From Acidimicrobiia bacterium (lineage in GTDB: Bacteria > Actinomycetota > Acidimicrobiia > Spongiisociales > ZC4RG35): a stretch of DNA of 64,000 nt. Below, in pieces: positions 1 through 9,462 of the stretch (positions are counted from its first letter, which is position 1; each line of letters starts with the position of its first letter). Location: positions 8,611 to 72,610 of the forward strand of contig JAWWBL010000001.1 in assembly GCA_033720975.1 (NCBI GenBank). The letters run 5' to 3'. Made by a program: the position numbers and the translations under genes. The notes under the pieces were generated by a model. It was not told where the DNA came from. It saw only the letters and a list, made by a program, of their open reading frames with translations, and did not search any database.

Positions 1-96
1 GCCTTCGACATAGATCGAATCTCGTCTTGACAGATACTCATCGATCGGGCATACTGTCATTCGATAGATATCGAATCACCACAACGGAATCACAGA

Positions 97-1221
97 ATGG
101 TCGAATTGATCAACCCAGAAACACGGGTGCGGGACCTCACCTCGGCACCACGTCAAATCCCCATCGAAGTCGATGGAAGCGTTGCCTACGAGTCGCTGCT
201 CTCCATGTGGACCACCTTCAACCCCAAGGAGAAAGCCACGAGTTTCGACCTGGGAGCGGAGTGGAAGAAGAAGATCACCGACATGACACCGGATGACCTT
301 CGCGACGAGATCGTGGCCCTGGGCGGCCCTTACTGCCACACCTGGCTGGCCATCGCCGGTCTTGTGGCCACTGCCCCTCATCCCCACGACCCCGACTCGG
401 TCCTCAACTGGCTGTCCAGCATGGACCCAATGCGACTTCGGCGCTGGCTCATCGGCTACGTCAGTCACAACAAGGACGCCTCTCTCATCGAGCAAGCTGC
501 AAGCGGGGACATCACGGTGCTACCAGACCTGCTCGAAGACGACCACCAGGAGTTTGCCGACCATCTCGCAGAGATACTGCAGAACCCGGACGACGACCTC
601 CCGGCTCGTTTTGCCAACGCGGCGCAGCGGTTCCGCCGAGAGGTGTTCGCGGAGGCGGAGGTCGAGTTCGGCGCGGCGATCAACCGGGCCGCGGCGGCTA
701 GGAAGGCCGTTGCCACCCGGGACAGCGCCAAGGCTGTCATCGAGGACGTCACCAACGGGCTCGACTATGACATCCCGCTGGGCGTGACCCGAGTCGTGCT
801 AGTGCCATCGGTTGTGGTCAAGCCACTGTCGTTGATCGATCAGCACCGAGAGACCCTCCTCGTGTTCTACGCCGTGGCAGACGAATTCATCGACTCCGAT
901 CCGGAGGCACCGCCCTCGTGGTTGGTGAGGACCTACAAGGCGCTGAGCGACGAGAGACGCCTGCGCATCCTCCGACGGCTCAGCGAGGGAGAGACCACGC
1001 TCGACGAGATCACTGAGATGCTCGGCCTCTCCAAGTCGACGGTGCACCACCACATCAGCATCCTGCGCGCCGCCGGACTGGTACGGGTGCGGCTGACACA
1101 CAACGAATCAGGAGCCAAGTGCTCCACCTACAACCTGAGGGACCACTCGCTCACCGATGCATCGGCGTTCCTCGACTCGTACATCAAGACCACTACACAG
1201 AAAGAAGCACAACATGCCTAA
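97..1221 (+). CDS. Transcriptional regulator with a C-terminal ArsR/SmtB-type winged HTH and a ~290-aa N-terminal domain of unknown function
   Basis: C-terminal segment LSDERRLRILRRLSEGETTLDEITEMLGLSKSTVHHHISILRAAGLV is a typical ArsR-family HTH. The N-terminal 290 aa carry no motif I recognise. Long ORF in the track. Confidence 0.6.
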   Translation: MVELINPETRVRDLTSAPRQIPIEVDGSVAYESLLSMWTTFNPKEKATSFDLGAEWKKKITDMTPDDLRDEIVALGGPYCHTWLAIAGLVATAPHPHDPDSVLNWLSSMDPMRLRRWLIGYVSHNKDASLIEQAASGDITVLPDLLEDDHQEFADHLAEILQNPDDDLPARFANAAQRFRREVFAEAEVEFGAAINRAAAARKAVATRDSAKAVIEDVTNGLDYDIPLGVTRVVLVPSVVVKPLSLIDQHRETLLVFYAVADEFIDSDPEAPPSWLVRTYKALSDERRLRILRRLSEGETTLDEITEMLGLSKSTVHHHISILRAAGLVRVRLTHNESGAKCSTYNLRDHSLTDASAFLDSYIKTTTQKEAQHA

Positions 1222-1549
1222 CGATCTAGTCACCCAGACGCGATTCGTTCACGGCTTGTTCCTGGGAAATCAGGTTGCGGCAGGCTCGATCCGGGCTCTC
1301 CGCAAGGAGGCAGCCGAGGCTCGCTCTCAGAGCAACGCCCATGCGACTGCGCACCCCATCAGGGATGCTTTTGGCCACGGCCTCATCTCGCTGGGCGAGA
1401 AGTTGGTAGGCCACTCCCATCCTGAGCCCCAGTTCGAACAGGCCGCCTGAACTCCTCCCGCCGGGCAGCTTTCCGCCCGGGCCAACCAGCACCGGTTCTG
1501 TGGACCCGCTCCCCACACCGGGGACCACGGAGCCGGTGTTTGGCGTCGG

Positions 1550-2698
1550 TCAAGCCTCCAACCGCTCCTCGAGACGCGCCTCGAGAGTGTGAAGCACGGC
1601 TTCAGGGGCAAGAATCTCGACTGTGACGTCATCCACGTCTTCTCTCATGACGTCGGGAAAGAATCGACGACCGGCCTCAAACCACTCCGCCAACACCTGC
1701 GGGTCGAGACCCTTCGAAAGCGTCAGCCGAAACCCGCCCTCGATCCGTCTGGCAGACTCGACGCTCCGGTAGACCTCGCTCGAGACTTCGTTGTACCGGA
1801 TCAGATCCTCGTCGTCGTGTCCAGCCACATCATCGAGAAAAGGAAAATCCTCGGGTATCACCTGCAACATGGCGAGCGGTCGAACCGGTGACGGAGAGCC
1901 CCATTCATTGGTGAAGGGACCGCCAGGGCCAAGCCGGATTCTCTCGAATGTCTCCCTGGGCAGCACGTAGAGGCCACCGGGCGAGAAGGGGCGATCGGGA
2001 ACGTTCCGAGCCGAGACCGAGAACTGGTAGAAGTCGACCTCCTCGCCGGTCTTCCATGACCGATAGGTGGCAACCCCATTCCGGATCGATCCTTCGATCC
2101 GGCTGCGGTCGATGACCGCGAAGAACATGGCCCAAAGCCCGTCGTGGGTCCCGTAGACCGCCCCCAGATTTCCATGACCCCCAAAGTCCATGATCTCGAC
2201 ACTGTCCCGCCTTGGCTCGAAGACCTCGATGTCGGTCTTTGCCGATCCGTGGAATATGAACTCGTCTTTCCCCATCAGCCACATGATGAATTCGAACGGC
2301 CGGTACGGTGCGGGAACGGTGAGCTCCCCACCGGGACGATGTGCCGACCAGAATTCCTCGAAAATCGAGTCACGATTCGCATCCGGCGCGAACGGTGGCG
2401 CGAGCAGGCCTTCGCCCGGCGTGGGCTCCGGCGGCGTATCCGTCCTGTGGAACGGGAGTGCCCCATAGATCGTGCCCCCGACAACTATTCCGTCTTCGAC
2501 TTCGACATCCACCTCTGCGCCTGCACCGGGCCCGGAGAGCACACGCATGCGCGCTGGCCCGACCCACTCGACCTCAGGGCTGTACTCGTCGGGGATGGGT
2601 GGCTGACGGAGGAACAAGCGGTCTCCCCGCTCGAACACGCTGAAGCCGGAAATGGCGGCTGTCTGAAAGTGGCCGGTAACCAAAGGTCGGGTCATCAC
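1550..2698 (-). CDS. Hypothetical protein (382 aa)
   Basis: Long uninterrupted ORF with plausible composition and no recognisable motif. Convergent with the upstream regulator. Confidence 0.5.
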   Translation of the reverse strand: MMTRPLVTGHFQTAAISGFSVFERGDRLFLRQPPIPDEYSPEVEWVGPARMRVLSGPGAGAEVDVEVEDGIVVGGTIYGALPFHRTDTPPEPTPGEGLLAPPFAPDANRDSIFEEFWSAHRPGGELTVPAPYRPFEFIMWLMGKDEFIFHGSAKTDIEVFEPRRDSVEIMDFGGHGNLGAVYGTHDGLWAMFFAVIDRSRIEGSIRNGVATYRSWKTGEEVDFYQFSVSARNVPDRPFSPGGLYVLPRETFERIRLGPGGPFTNEWGSPSPVRPLAMLQVIPEDFPFLDDVAGHDDEDLIRYNEVSSEVYRSVESARRIEGGFRLTLSKGLDPQVLAEWFEAGRRFFPDVMREDVDDVTVEILAPEAVLHTLEARLEERLEA

Positions 2699-2716
2699 GC
2701 AAGACTAAATGCTGAC

Positions 2717-3580
2717 TCAGCTCCCAAAGACCGCCCGGGCCAGGAACCACGCGTTGGCCGGTCGCTCGGCCAAGCGCCGCGTCAAGTAGGGATACCACTG
2801 CGACCCGAAGGGCAGGTACACGCGCAGTGGGAAGCCTTGAGCGACCAACTCGAATTGCAGGTCGCGACGCACCCCGTAGAGCATCTGGAACTCGAAGGGT
2901 GCGCCGCGCTCGCCTGCAAGCGACCTGGTCAGGTTGACAAGCTCGAGATCGTGGGTGGCGACGGCGGGCATGGTCGAGTCGGAAGCCATCAGCGTTCTCA
3001 GCTGTTCCGCGAAGGCCTCATCCACACCCTGTCTCGAGGTGATTGCGACGTCTTCAGACTCAACATAGGCCCCCTTGCACAGCCGGATATGACCACCTAG
3101 GGGCATGAGACGGCTCAGATCCTCCGGGGTTCGATAGAGGTACGACTGGAGCGCAATACCCAGGTTCCCGTGTTCTAGCTGCGCCTTCTCGTAGAGCCGG
3201 ACGGTGGGTTCGGTATACCGAGAGTCTTCCATGTCGATAGTGACCGTCGTCCCGATCTCCGCAGCCCGGGCGGCGAGGCTCGAAATCGCCTCGGCAGCCT
3301 GGCCCTCGTCGATGGCGAGACCGAGCTGAGTTGGCTTGATCGAGATGTTGGAGTCGAGTCCCTCCACCTCGATCCGGTCGAGACACCCCATGTACTCATC
3401 CGTTGCCTGAAGAACCGATTCACGGTCACTCACCTCCTCCCCCAGCAAGTCAAGGGAGACCTTGAAGCCATCCTCGTTGAGCGCGGAAGCCACCTCGACG
3501 GCATCGTTCAGCGTGTCGCCGGCAACGAAACGTCCAGCCAGAGCCCGGCCCGGCCGGGTTCGCGTGATCAGCCTTTCCAC
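2717..3580 (-). CDS. Proline dehydrogenase (monofunctional PutA-type ProDH)
   Basis: C-terminal YLPFGSQWYPYLTRRLAERPANAWFLARA and overall layout match the bacterial proline dehydrogenase family. Confidence 0.8.
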   Translation of the reverse strand: MERLITRTRPGRALAGRFVAGDTLNDAVEVASALNEDGFKVSLDLLGEEVSDRESVLQATDEYMGCLDRIEVEGLDSNISIKPTQLGLAIDEGQAAEAISSLAARAAEIGTTVTIDMEDSRYTEPTVRLYEKAQLEHGNLGIALQSYLYRTPEDLSRLMPLGGHIRLCKGAYVESEDVAITSRQGVDEAFAEQLRTLMASDSTMPAVATHDLELVNLTRSLAGERGAPFEFQMLYGVRRDLQFELVAQGFPLRVYLPFGSQWYPYLTRRLAERPANAWFLARAVFGS

Positions 3581-3624
3581 AGGGGAGGCATTGGTGACCG
3601 AGACGGTCAGTCTGGTGAAGAGGC

Positions 3625-4437
3625 TCAGGGTGCCCCACCCAACTCTCTGGCTCGAATCGCCGCGGCGCGCACGGCATCCTCGACAAGCGCGCGAAAGCCT
3701 CGTTCCTCGAGAACATGGACGGCCGCTGCCGTCGTCCCACCTGGAGAAGTCACGTCGTAGCGCAGTTGGACGGGAGACTTGTCGGTGTCGGTGAGCAGGT
3801 GCCCAGCGCCCCTTATCGTCTCGTGGACAAAGCTCTCCGCTATGTCTCGGGGAAGCCCCTCACGCATGGCAGCCTCGGTGAGGGCCTCGGCGAGGAGGAA
3901 CACGTAGGCCGGGCCTGTTCCGGAAACTGCCGTGACGGCGTCGAGGAGCCCTTCGTCCATGACACGCACCGAGCCAACGGCTCCAAGCACTTGGCGTGCC
4001 GCAGCCATCGACTCCTCGGTCGCGTGACTTCCGGCGGCGAGGCCAGTCACACCCTGCCGGACAACCGCGGGAGTATTCGGCATGGCCCGGACGACGGGGA
4101 TCGGGCCCAGCTGCGCCTCGTAGCTATCCGTTGTGACACCAGCGGCGAGGGATAGGACCGTCTGTGTCTCCTCCACTTCGCCTCCGAGTCGTTTCAGGAG
4201 GCTTGACACGTCACGAGGCTTCACCGCAACGACCACGACGTCCCGACCCCTTATCGACTCGACGGGGTCGAGCAACACGGCACAACCGGTCTTCGCGGCG
4301 AGTTCGTCGGCTCGCTCGGACCGACGAACGCAAAGCGTTATCTCACCGGGTTGCCAACCGGCGCCGAGGAGGCCGGATGCCAGGGCCTCTCCCATGGCTC
4401 CGACTCCAACGATCGCCACCGATTTTCGCTCCGTCAT
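3625..4437 (-). CDS. proC: Pyrroline-5-carboxylate reductase
   Basis: N-terminal NADP-binding motif VAIVGVGAMGEALASGL. Also MPNTPAVVRQG and a C-terminal SPGGTT dimerisation motif. Confidence 0.85.
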   Translation of the reverse strand: MTERKSVAIVGVGAMGEALASGLLGAGWQPGEITLCVRRSERADELAAKTGCAVLLDPVESIRGRDVVVVAVKPRDVSSLLKRLGGEVEETQTVLSLAAGVTTDSYEAQLGPIPVVRAMPNTPAVVRQGVTGLAAGSHATEESMAAARQVLGAVGSVRVMDEGLLDAVTAVSGTGPAYVFLLAEALTEAAMREGLPRDIAESFVHETIRGAGHLLTDTDKSPVQLRYDVTSPGGTTAAAVHVLEERGFRALVEDAVRAAAIRARELGGAP

Positions 4438-4461
4438 GTCGGTGATTCTACGGGTGTGCTC

Positions 4462-5094
4462 TCAGTCCAGCCTCGCCCTGATCATGGCAATCACGGTCGC
4501 CACAGCGGCCGGGTTGTAGCCCTCTGGGATGATGAGGTCGGCGTACCGCTTGGAAGGCTCCACGAACTCGAGGTGCATCGGGCGGACAGTCTTGAAATAC
4601 TGGGTCATCACCGAAGCAACCGTGCGGCCCCTCTCTTCGATGTCACGCTCGAGCCGCCGCGCCAGCCTGATGTCGGGATCTGTGTCGACGAAGATCTTCA
4701 GGTCTAGAGCTGCGCGTAGCGCCGGCTCGGCCAGGACGAGGATCCCTTCGACGATCACGACGGGGGCGGGCTCGACTCGAACCGTGTCGTCGGTCCGCAG
4801 GTGCGCCGAGAAGTCATAGATCGGCTTCTCGACCGGCTCCCCCCTCCTCAGCCCCTCCAAGTTCTCGATGAGGAGAGATGACTCCAGCGAGTCCGGGTGG
4901 TCATAGTTGACCTTTGCCCGTTCTTCGGGAGAAAGCTCAGGTCTGTCTCGGTAGTACGAGTCATGGGTTAGGAGGGCAACCCTGCCGTCGAGGCGTTCGA
5001 TGACCGCCTCGGCGATCGTGGTCTTGCCGGATCCGGATCCACCGGCGACTCCGATGAAAAGTGGCGGGTCGGGATCCCACGGGCGGAAGGGCAT
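4462..5094 (-). CDS. udk: Uridine kinase
   Basis: P-loop GVAGGSGSGKTT followed by DSYY, DHP and IIEG motifs typical of Udk. Confidence 0.85.
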   Translation of the reverse strand: MPFRPWDPDPPLFIGVAGGSGSGKTTIAEAVIERLDGRVALLTHDSYYRDRPELSPEERAKVNYDHPDSLESSLLIENLEGLRRGEPVEKPIYDFSAHLRTDDTVRVEPAPVVIVEGILVLAEPALRAALDLKIFVDTDPDIRLARRLERDIEERGRTVASVMTQYFKTVRPMHLEFVEPSKRYADLIIPEGYNPAAVATVIAMIRARLD

Positions 5095-5110
5095 ACCCCG
5101 ACGTTAACGA

Positions 5111-6043
5111 TCAGGACTCGCCGACTTTGCTCCGCAATCGACGGATCTCGTCGTATACACCGTCGGTCAACATCGTCGACGCCGGTGCGGCGACGCCGTC
5201 AGCATTCTCACTGTCCTCCGAGTCCGCGGCAGGGGGCTGCGGTATCCGGCGCGGCCGTGCCGACGGGGGTTCAGCGGCTGCCGGTGCGGGCTCGTCTGCT
5301 GCCGCTGCCGGTTCGGCCGGTGCCGACGCCGGAGCAGGCTGTTCGCTCGCCGCGGTCTCCCGCCACGTGGGACGGTCGGGCTCGGGAGCGATCTGGTCGG
5401 CGAGCTTGTCAAAGAACCCCGACTCGGACTCGCGCTGAGCCAGTGGCTCCGACACCCCGAGTCGGTGCAGTGTGAACAAGATACGAACGGCCGCACCGCG
5501 ACCTAAGGTCGACTCGAGCTGTGCGAATGAAAACGGCTGCACGAGAGAGACCAGAACGGACCAATCCCCGGGGGTGAGCTCGACGGTACGGTCGATTTCC
5601 TCCACCAACTTGACACCCGGCGCCTCGATGAGACCCGCATTCGCCACCTCTGTCTCCAGCGCCTGAAGCGCGCCTATGTCGTCGATGACCTGTTCGACAC
5701 TCCATCCTTCGGTGTCGGGCCCGTCGGCCGCGCCCACGGAGAAGGTGCCCTGTGTCAGGCCCGCAAGCACGTACAGGACGTCAGCAATCCCCCCACGGTT
5801 GTTTCCTACGTAGGTGGTGCTGGCACCGGTCAGTTCAGCGCCTGTGACCATTCCCTCCCGAAAGTGGACCCGTCCGCGCTTTTCGCCTTCGATGTCCAGT
5901 GACCCGGTCTTGTGGGTCACCTGCATGATCTGAAGCAGATCGCTGATGCTCCAGTCCTTGAGCTGGCCTGAGAGATGCATGTGTCCTTCCAATACCGATC
6001 TCTGCCGTTTGGGGCTACGCAAAGAATCGGCCGTTTTGGTCAC
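5111..6043 (-). CDS. DUF4388-like domain protein with an Ala/Pro-rich low-complexity C-terminus
   Basis: N-terminal LSGQLKDWSISDLLQIMQVTHKTGSLDI pattern resembles DUF4388. The C-terminal run PAPASAPAEPAAAADEPAPAAAEP is low complexity. Confidence 0.5.
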   Translation of the reverse strand: MTKTADSLRSPKRQRSVLEGHMHLSGQLKDWSISDLLQIMQVTHKTGSLDIEGEKRGRVHFREGMVTGAELTGASTTYVGNNRGGIADVLYVLAGLTQGTFSVGAADGPDTEGWSVEQVIDDIGALQALETEVANAGLIEAPGVKLVEEIDRTVELTPGDWSVLVSLVQPFSFAQLESTLGRGAAVRILFTLHRLGVSEPLAQRESESGFFDKLADQIAPEPDRPTWRETAASEQPAPASAPAEPAAAADEPAPAAAEPPSARPRRIPQPPAADSEDSENADGVAAPASTMLTDGVYDEIRRLRSKVGES

Positions 6044-6073
6044 TGACCTAACAGATTTCTGAGAGCCGCTCCG

Positions 6074-6691
6074 TCAGCCCTTTTCCGCGGCTTTCATGGC
6101 CCGTTTCTGCTCCCGCAGCGTTGCAACGTCATCGAAGGTGGCGACGTCGGCGATGCTGGGCCAGTCCGCGGCGACATCCTCCCACCCTTCAGGCCGCACA
6201 CCCATCCGCTTACCGAGCAGTCCGACGAAGATCCGGGACTTTCCGATCCCGAAGCCGGGAAGGGCCTTGAGCCGCTCGAGGAGCTCCTCACCGTCGGAGG
6301 CCGACTCCCAAAGGTTCTCGGCCCGTCCCTTGTAATCGTCAACGATCACCTGGCACATCTCCTGAGTGCGCTTCGCCATCGATGCCGGGTAGCGGTGGAT
6401 GGCGGGTGGGCCACGGAAGAACTCCTCCATCTCCCCAGGAGCCCAGCCGGCGATCCGGGACGCTTCGAGGTCCTCGCCCATTCGCTCCTTGAGCAGCTGG
6501 GGGCCGTAGAAAGCTCTCTCCATTGGGAACTGCTGGTCGAGGAGCATCCCTATCAGCAGGGCAAGCCCGTCGGAAGCGAGAAGGCGGTTGGCATCTTCCG
6601 ACTCGGTGAAGTTCAGCGTCTCGGGTGATTTCATCGGATCCAAAATAACTCGGGGCGAGGGCAAGACGAACGGCGGCAAATCGACCAACAT
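6074..6691 (-). CDS. HhH-GPD superfamily protein (base-excision glycosylase-like fold)
   Basis: Helix-hairpin-helix segment LPGFGIGKSRIFVGLLGKRMGV inside an all-alpha ORF. Family-level call only. Confidence 0.55.
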   Translation of the reverse strand: MLVDLPPFVLPSPRVILDPMKSPETLNFTESEDANRLLASDGLALLIGMLLDQQFPMERAFYGPQLLKERMGEDLEASRIAGWAPGEMEEFFRGPPAIHRYPASMAKRTQEMCQVIVDDYKGRAENLWESASDGEELLERLKALPGFGIGKSRIFVGLLGKRMGVRPEGWEDVAADWPSIADVATFDDVATLREQKRAMKAAEKG

Positions 6692-7908
6692 TGGCTTCGA
6701 TGACGGACGTCTTCATAGTCGATGCCTGTCGGACCCCGATGGGAAAGCTGGGCGGCCAACTCGCTCTGGTCCGGCCTGACGACCTCGCGGCGCATGCCGT
6801 GTCACGGCTCATGGCGAGAAACCCCGATGTCGACCCCAACGCAGTCGAGGACATCCAATGGGGGGCTGCCAACCAGGCCGGCGAGGACAACCGCAACCTT
6901 GGCCGGATGGCAGGGCTGCTGGCGGGGCTACCGCTCGAGGTGGGCGGCGTGACCCTCAACCGGTTGTGCGGCTCCGGTCTCCAAGCGATCGTCTCCGCAT
7001 CTCACGCTCTGCGCGATGGGTGGGGAAATGTGATGATCGCGGGAGGCTCAGAGTCGATGAGTCGCGCGCCATTTGTGACACTCAAGGCCGAACATGGTTT
7101 TGCCAAGGGGCCTCCCCCAATGGCCGACACCGTCCTGGGTTGGAGATTCGTCAACTCGAGGATGGAGGAGCTCTACCCGCCCATCACGCTCGGAATGACC
7201 GCTGAAGTCGTGGCTGAGAAATACGACATAACTCGTGAGGATCAGGATGCGTTTGCTCTGAGAAGCCACCAACTCGCCCTCGACGCTGTCGGTACGGGAA
7301 GGTTCGACGCCGAGATCGAGCCGATAGATGCACCTACAGACCACAGACGACGCAGCACCAGCCGGATCGAAAGCGACGAAGGGCCTCGGCGTGACACTTC
7401 GCTGGAGAAACTCGCGGCCCTCCCCCCCGTCTTCAAAGACCGAGGCAGCGTGACCGCCGGTAACTCCTCGCCCATGAATGACGGCGCTGCCGCGCTCCTG
7501 TTGGCGACCCAGCGAGGGCTTGAAGAGCATGGGCTGGAGCCGATGGCGCGCATCATCTCATCGGGTGCTGCGGGTGTCCATCCCGACCTCATGGGCATTG
7601 GCCCGGTTCCCGCCTCCGAGAAGGCTCTGGAGCGGGCCGGCCTGTCCATGGACGAGATAGACCTGGTGGAGATAAACGAAGCCTTCGCCTCCCAGGCAGT
7701 GGCCAGCATGCGCCTGCTGGGGATAGACCCCGACAAGGTCAATGTGAACGGCGGCGCAATCGCCATTGGTCACCCGCTGGGCGCCTCGGGCGCACGGATT
7801 CTGGTGACCTTGGCGCACGAGATGGCCCGAAGGGAAAGCCGCTACGGCCTGGCAACTATGTGCATCGGGGTGGGACAGGGAATATCGATGGTCATCGAGC
7901 GTGTCTGA
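6691..7908 (+). CDS. Acetyl-CoA C-acyltransferase (thiolase)
   Basis: DVFIVDACRTPMGK N-terminus, LNRLCGSGLQAI active-site Cys region, NEAFASQ and a C-terminal GLATMCIGVGQG thiolase signature. Confidence 0.9.
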   Translation: MASMTDVFIVDACRTPMGKLGGQLALVRPDDLAAHAVSRLMARNPDVDPNAVEDIQWGAANQAGEDNRNLGRMAGLLAGLPLEVGGVTLNRLCGSGLQAIVSASHALRDGWGNVMIAGGSESMSRAPFVTLKAEHGFAKGPPPMADTVLGWRFVNSRMEELYPPITLGMTAEVVAEKYDITREDQDAFALRSHQLALDAVGTGRFDAEIEPIDAPTDHRRRSTSRIESDEGPRRDTSLEKLAALPPVFKDRGSVTAGNSSPMNDGAAALLLATQRGLEEHGLEPMARIISSGAAGVHPDLMGIGPVPASEKALERAGLSMDEIDLVEINEAFASQAVASMRLLGIDPDKVNVNGGAIAIGHPLGASGARILVTLAHEMARRESRYGLATMCIGVGQGISMVIERV

Positions 7909-9091
7909 CGCTCGGGGCCCTCTCGCGGGGACGTTGGTTCTCGAGCTGGGCAACCTGATCGCCGGTCCGTACGCCGGGATGCTTCTCGCCGACTTCGGGG
8001 CGCGTGTCATCAAGGTCGAGCCCCGATCCGGTGACATCGGCCGGCAGTTCGGGCCGTTTCAAAACGGCGAGTCGATCTTTTTCTTGTCGGTCAACCGTGG
8101 CAAGGAGTCCCTCTGCCTCGACCCCAAGCACTGGGTCTCCAAGCGAGTCCTAGACAAACTCGTGAAAAAAGCCGACGTCGTACTCAGCAACCTCCGACAC
8201 GGGGCCATGGAGCGGATGGGCCTCGGCGAGGACCGGTGCCGGGAACTCAACCCTGGGGTGATATACGCAACGGTCTCGGCGTTCGGTTCCAGTGGGCCTT
8301 ACGCAAAACGACCCGGCATCGACATCGTCTTCCAGGGTGAGAGCGGGATGGTGTCGATCACCGGTGACCCCAAGGACGGGCCGCGGAAAACAGCCACGAC
8401 GATCGGCGACTACGTGGCAGGCACCAACACAGCTCTGGCCATTGCCGCCGCTCTCGCCGAAACACCACGAAAGGGACGCCGAATCGACATCTCACTGCGC
8501 GATGGGGTCATGGCCGTGCAATCTGGGTGGAACGCGCTCGCGTTCTCGAGAGGGAAACAACCCGAGCGAACGGGCACCGCCAGCCCCTTCCTGGCTCCAA
8601 ATCAAGTGTTCGAAGCTGCCGATGGTTCCTTCACCCTGGCAATCGTCTCCGACCGGCACTTTGAGATCCTGGCCGATGCCCTGGAACGACCGGATCTCGT
8701 CAAGGACTTCCCCACCAACGAGGACCGAATGAGAGGTCGGGAGAATCTGGTCCGCAGACTCTCCAGGCTGTTCAAGCAGGAGCCCCTGAATCATTGGATC
8801 GAGTTATTCGAGTCAGCGGGCCTGCCGGTTGGAAGGGTCCTCACCATCCCCGAAGCCTTCGAGGACCCTCAGGCCCGCCATCACGGCATGCTCGTCGAGT
8901 TCGAGCATCCCACGGCGGGGTTTGTTCGCACTACCGGTTCCCCGATCCGGTTGGACGGGGATCAGGCCCGCGCCGAGTCGTTGCCACCGGTGCTGGGCCA
9001 GCACACGAGGGAGATCCTCGCCGAGGCCGGCGTCGATCGTGAGACGATCGACAAGATGATCGGTGAGGGGACGGTGGTGGCCCCCTCATGA
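7901..9091 (+). CDS. CoA-transferase family III (CaiB/BaiF-type)
   Basis: GPLAGTLVLELGNLIAGPYAGMLLADFGARVIKVEP glycine-rich N-terminus characteristic of the family. Confidence 0.85.
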   Translation: MSDARGPLAGTLVLELGNLIAGPYAGMLLADFGARVIKVEPRSGDIGRQFGPFQNGESIFFLSVNRGKESLCLDPKHWVSKRVLDKLVKKADVVLSNLRHGAMERMGLGEDRCRELNPGVIYATVSAFGSSGPYAKRPGIDIVFQGESGMVSITGDPKDGPRKTATTIGDYVAGTNTALAIAAALAETPRKGRRIDISLRDGVMAVQSGWNALAFSRGKQPERTGTASPFLAPNQVFEAADGSFTLAIVSDRHFEILADALERPDLVKDFPTNEDRMRGRENLVRRLSRLFKQEPLNHWIELFESAGLPVGRVLTIPEAFEDPQARHHGMLVEFEHPTAGFVRTTGSPIRLDGDQARAESLPPVLGQHTREILAEAGVDRETIDKMIGEGTVVAPS

Positions 9092-9462
9092 ACATTCACT
9101 GGGCTGAGACAGTGTCCGACCAATGGGAGGATGTGAGATCCGAGCTCGCCCGTGCGTTCGAGACCAGCCGCTCCGCGGCGCGGAACGAGGAGTCCTTCGT
9201 TTATGTCGTCCACCACGACGACTTGTTGGGCAGGCGGGGCTACGGAAACGCCATGGTTGCCACAGGGCTGCTCTCTGCCGCGAGGACCGCTGCAATCGAA
9301 GGAGCCCGGAAGGGCTGGACCGCAAACGTGATCGCCTTCGACGACGGGGCTGATCGCGAACAGGTCCAGGCCTGGGCCGAACGCGTCGCTGGAGACTCGC
9401 TCGGCGTCACCGGAGAGTTGATCCGGGTCGGGTCAACCCACCTGGGAAAGGCGCTGCCGTGA
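9088..9462 (+). CDS. Small protein resembling a degenerate C-terminal half of an SDR
   Basis: ATGA overlap with the CoA-transferase stop and a 4-nt overlap with the next SDR gene. YGNAMVATGLLSAARTAAIE resembles the SDR catalytic helix but lacks the Lys. Confidence 0.4.
   Translation: MNIHWAETVSDQWEDVRSELARAFETSRSAARNEESFVYVVHHDDLLGRRGYGNAMVATGLLSAARTAAIEGARKGWTANVIAFDDGADREQVQAWAERVAGDSLGVTGELIRVGSTHLGKALP

Noticed and set aside
293-787. Numerous 60-160-aa ORFs overlapping annotated genes throughout the window (e.g. 293..787, 2144..3100, 12887..14131, 20805..21779, 24320..25081)
   Set aside because: Arg/Pro/Gly/Ser-rich translations antisense to, or out of frame with, motif-supported genes. 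These are expected shadow ORFs in about 65-70% GC DNA.
5185-5475. Apparent nucleotide repeats (GCTGCCGGTGCGGGC...) inside the DUF4388-like gene
   Set aside because: They encode the Ala/Pro/Glu-rich low-complexity tail (PAPASAPAEPAAAADEPAPAAAEP) of that protein. Codon-level low complexity, not an independent repeat element.
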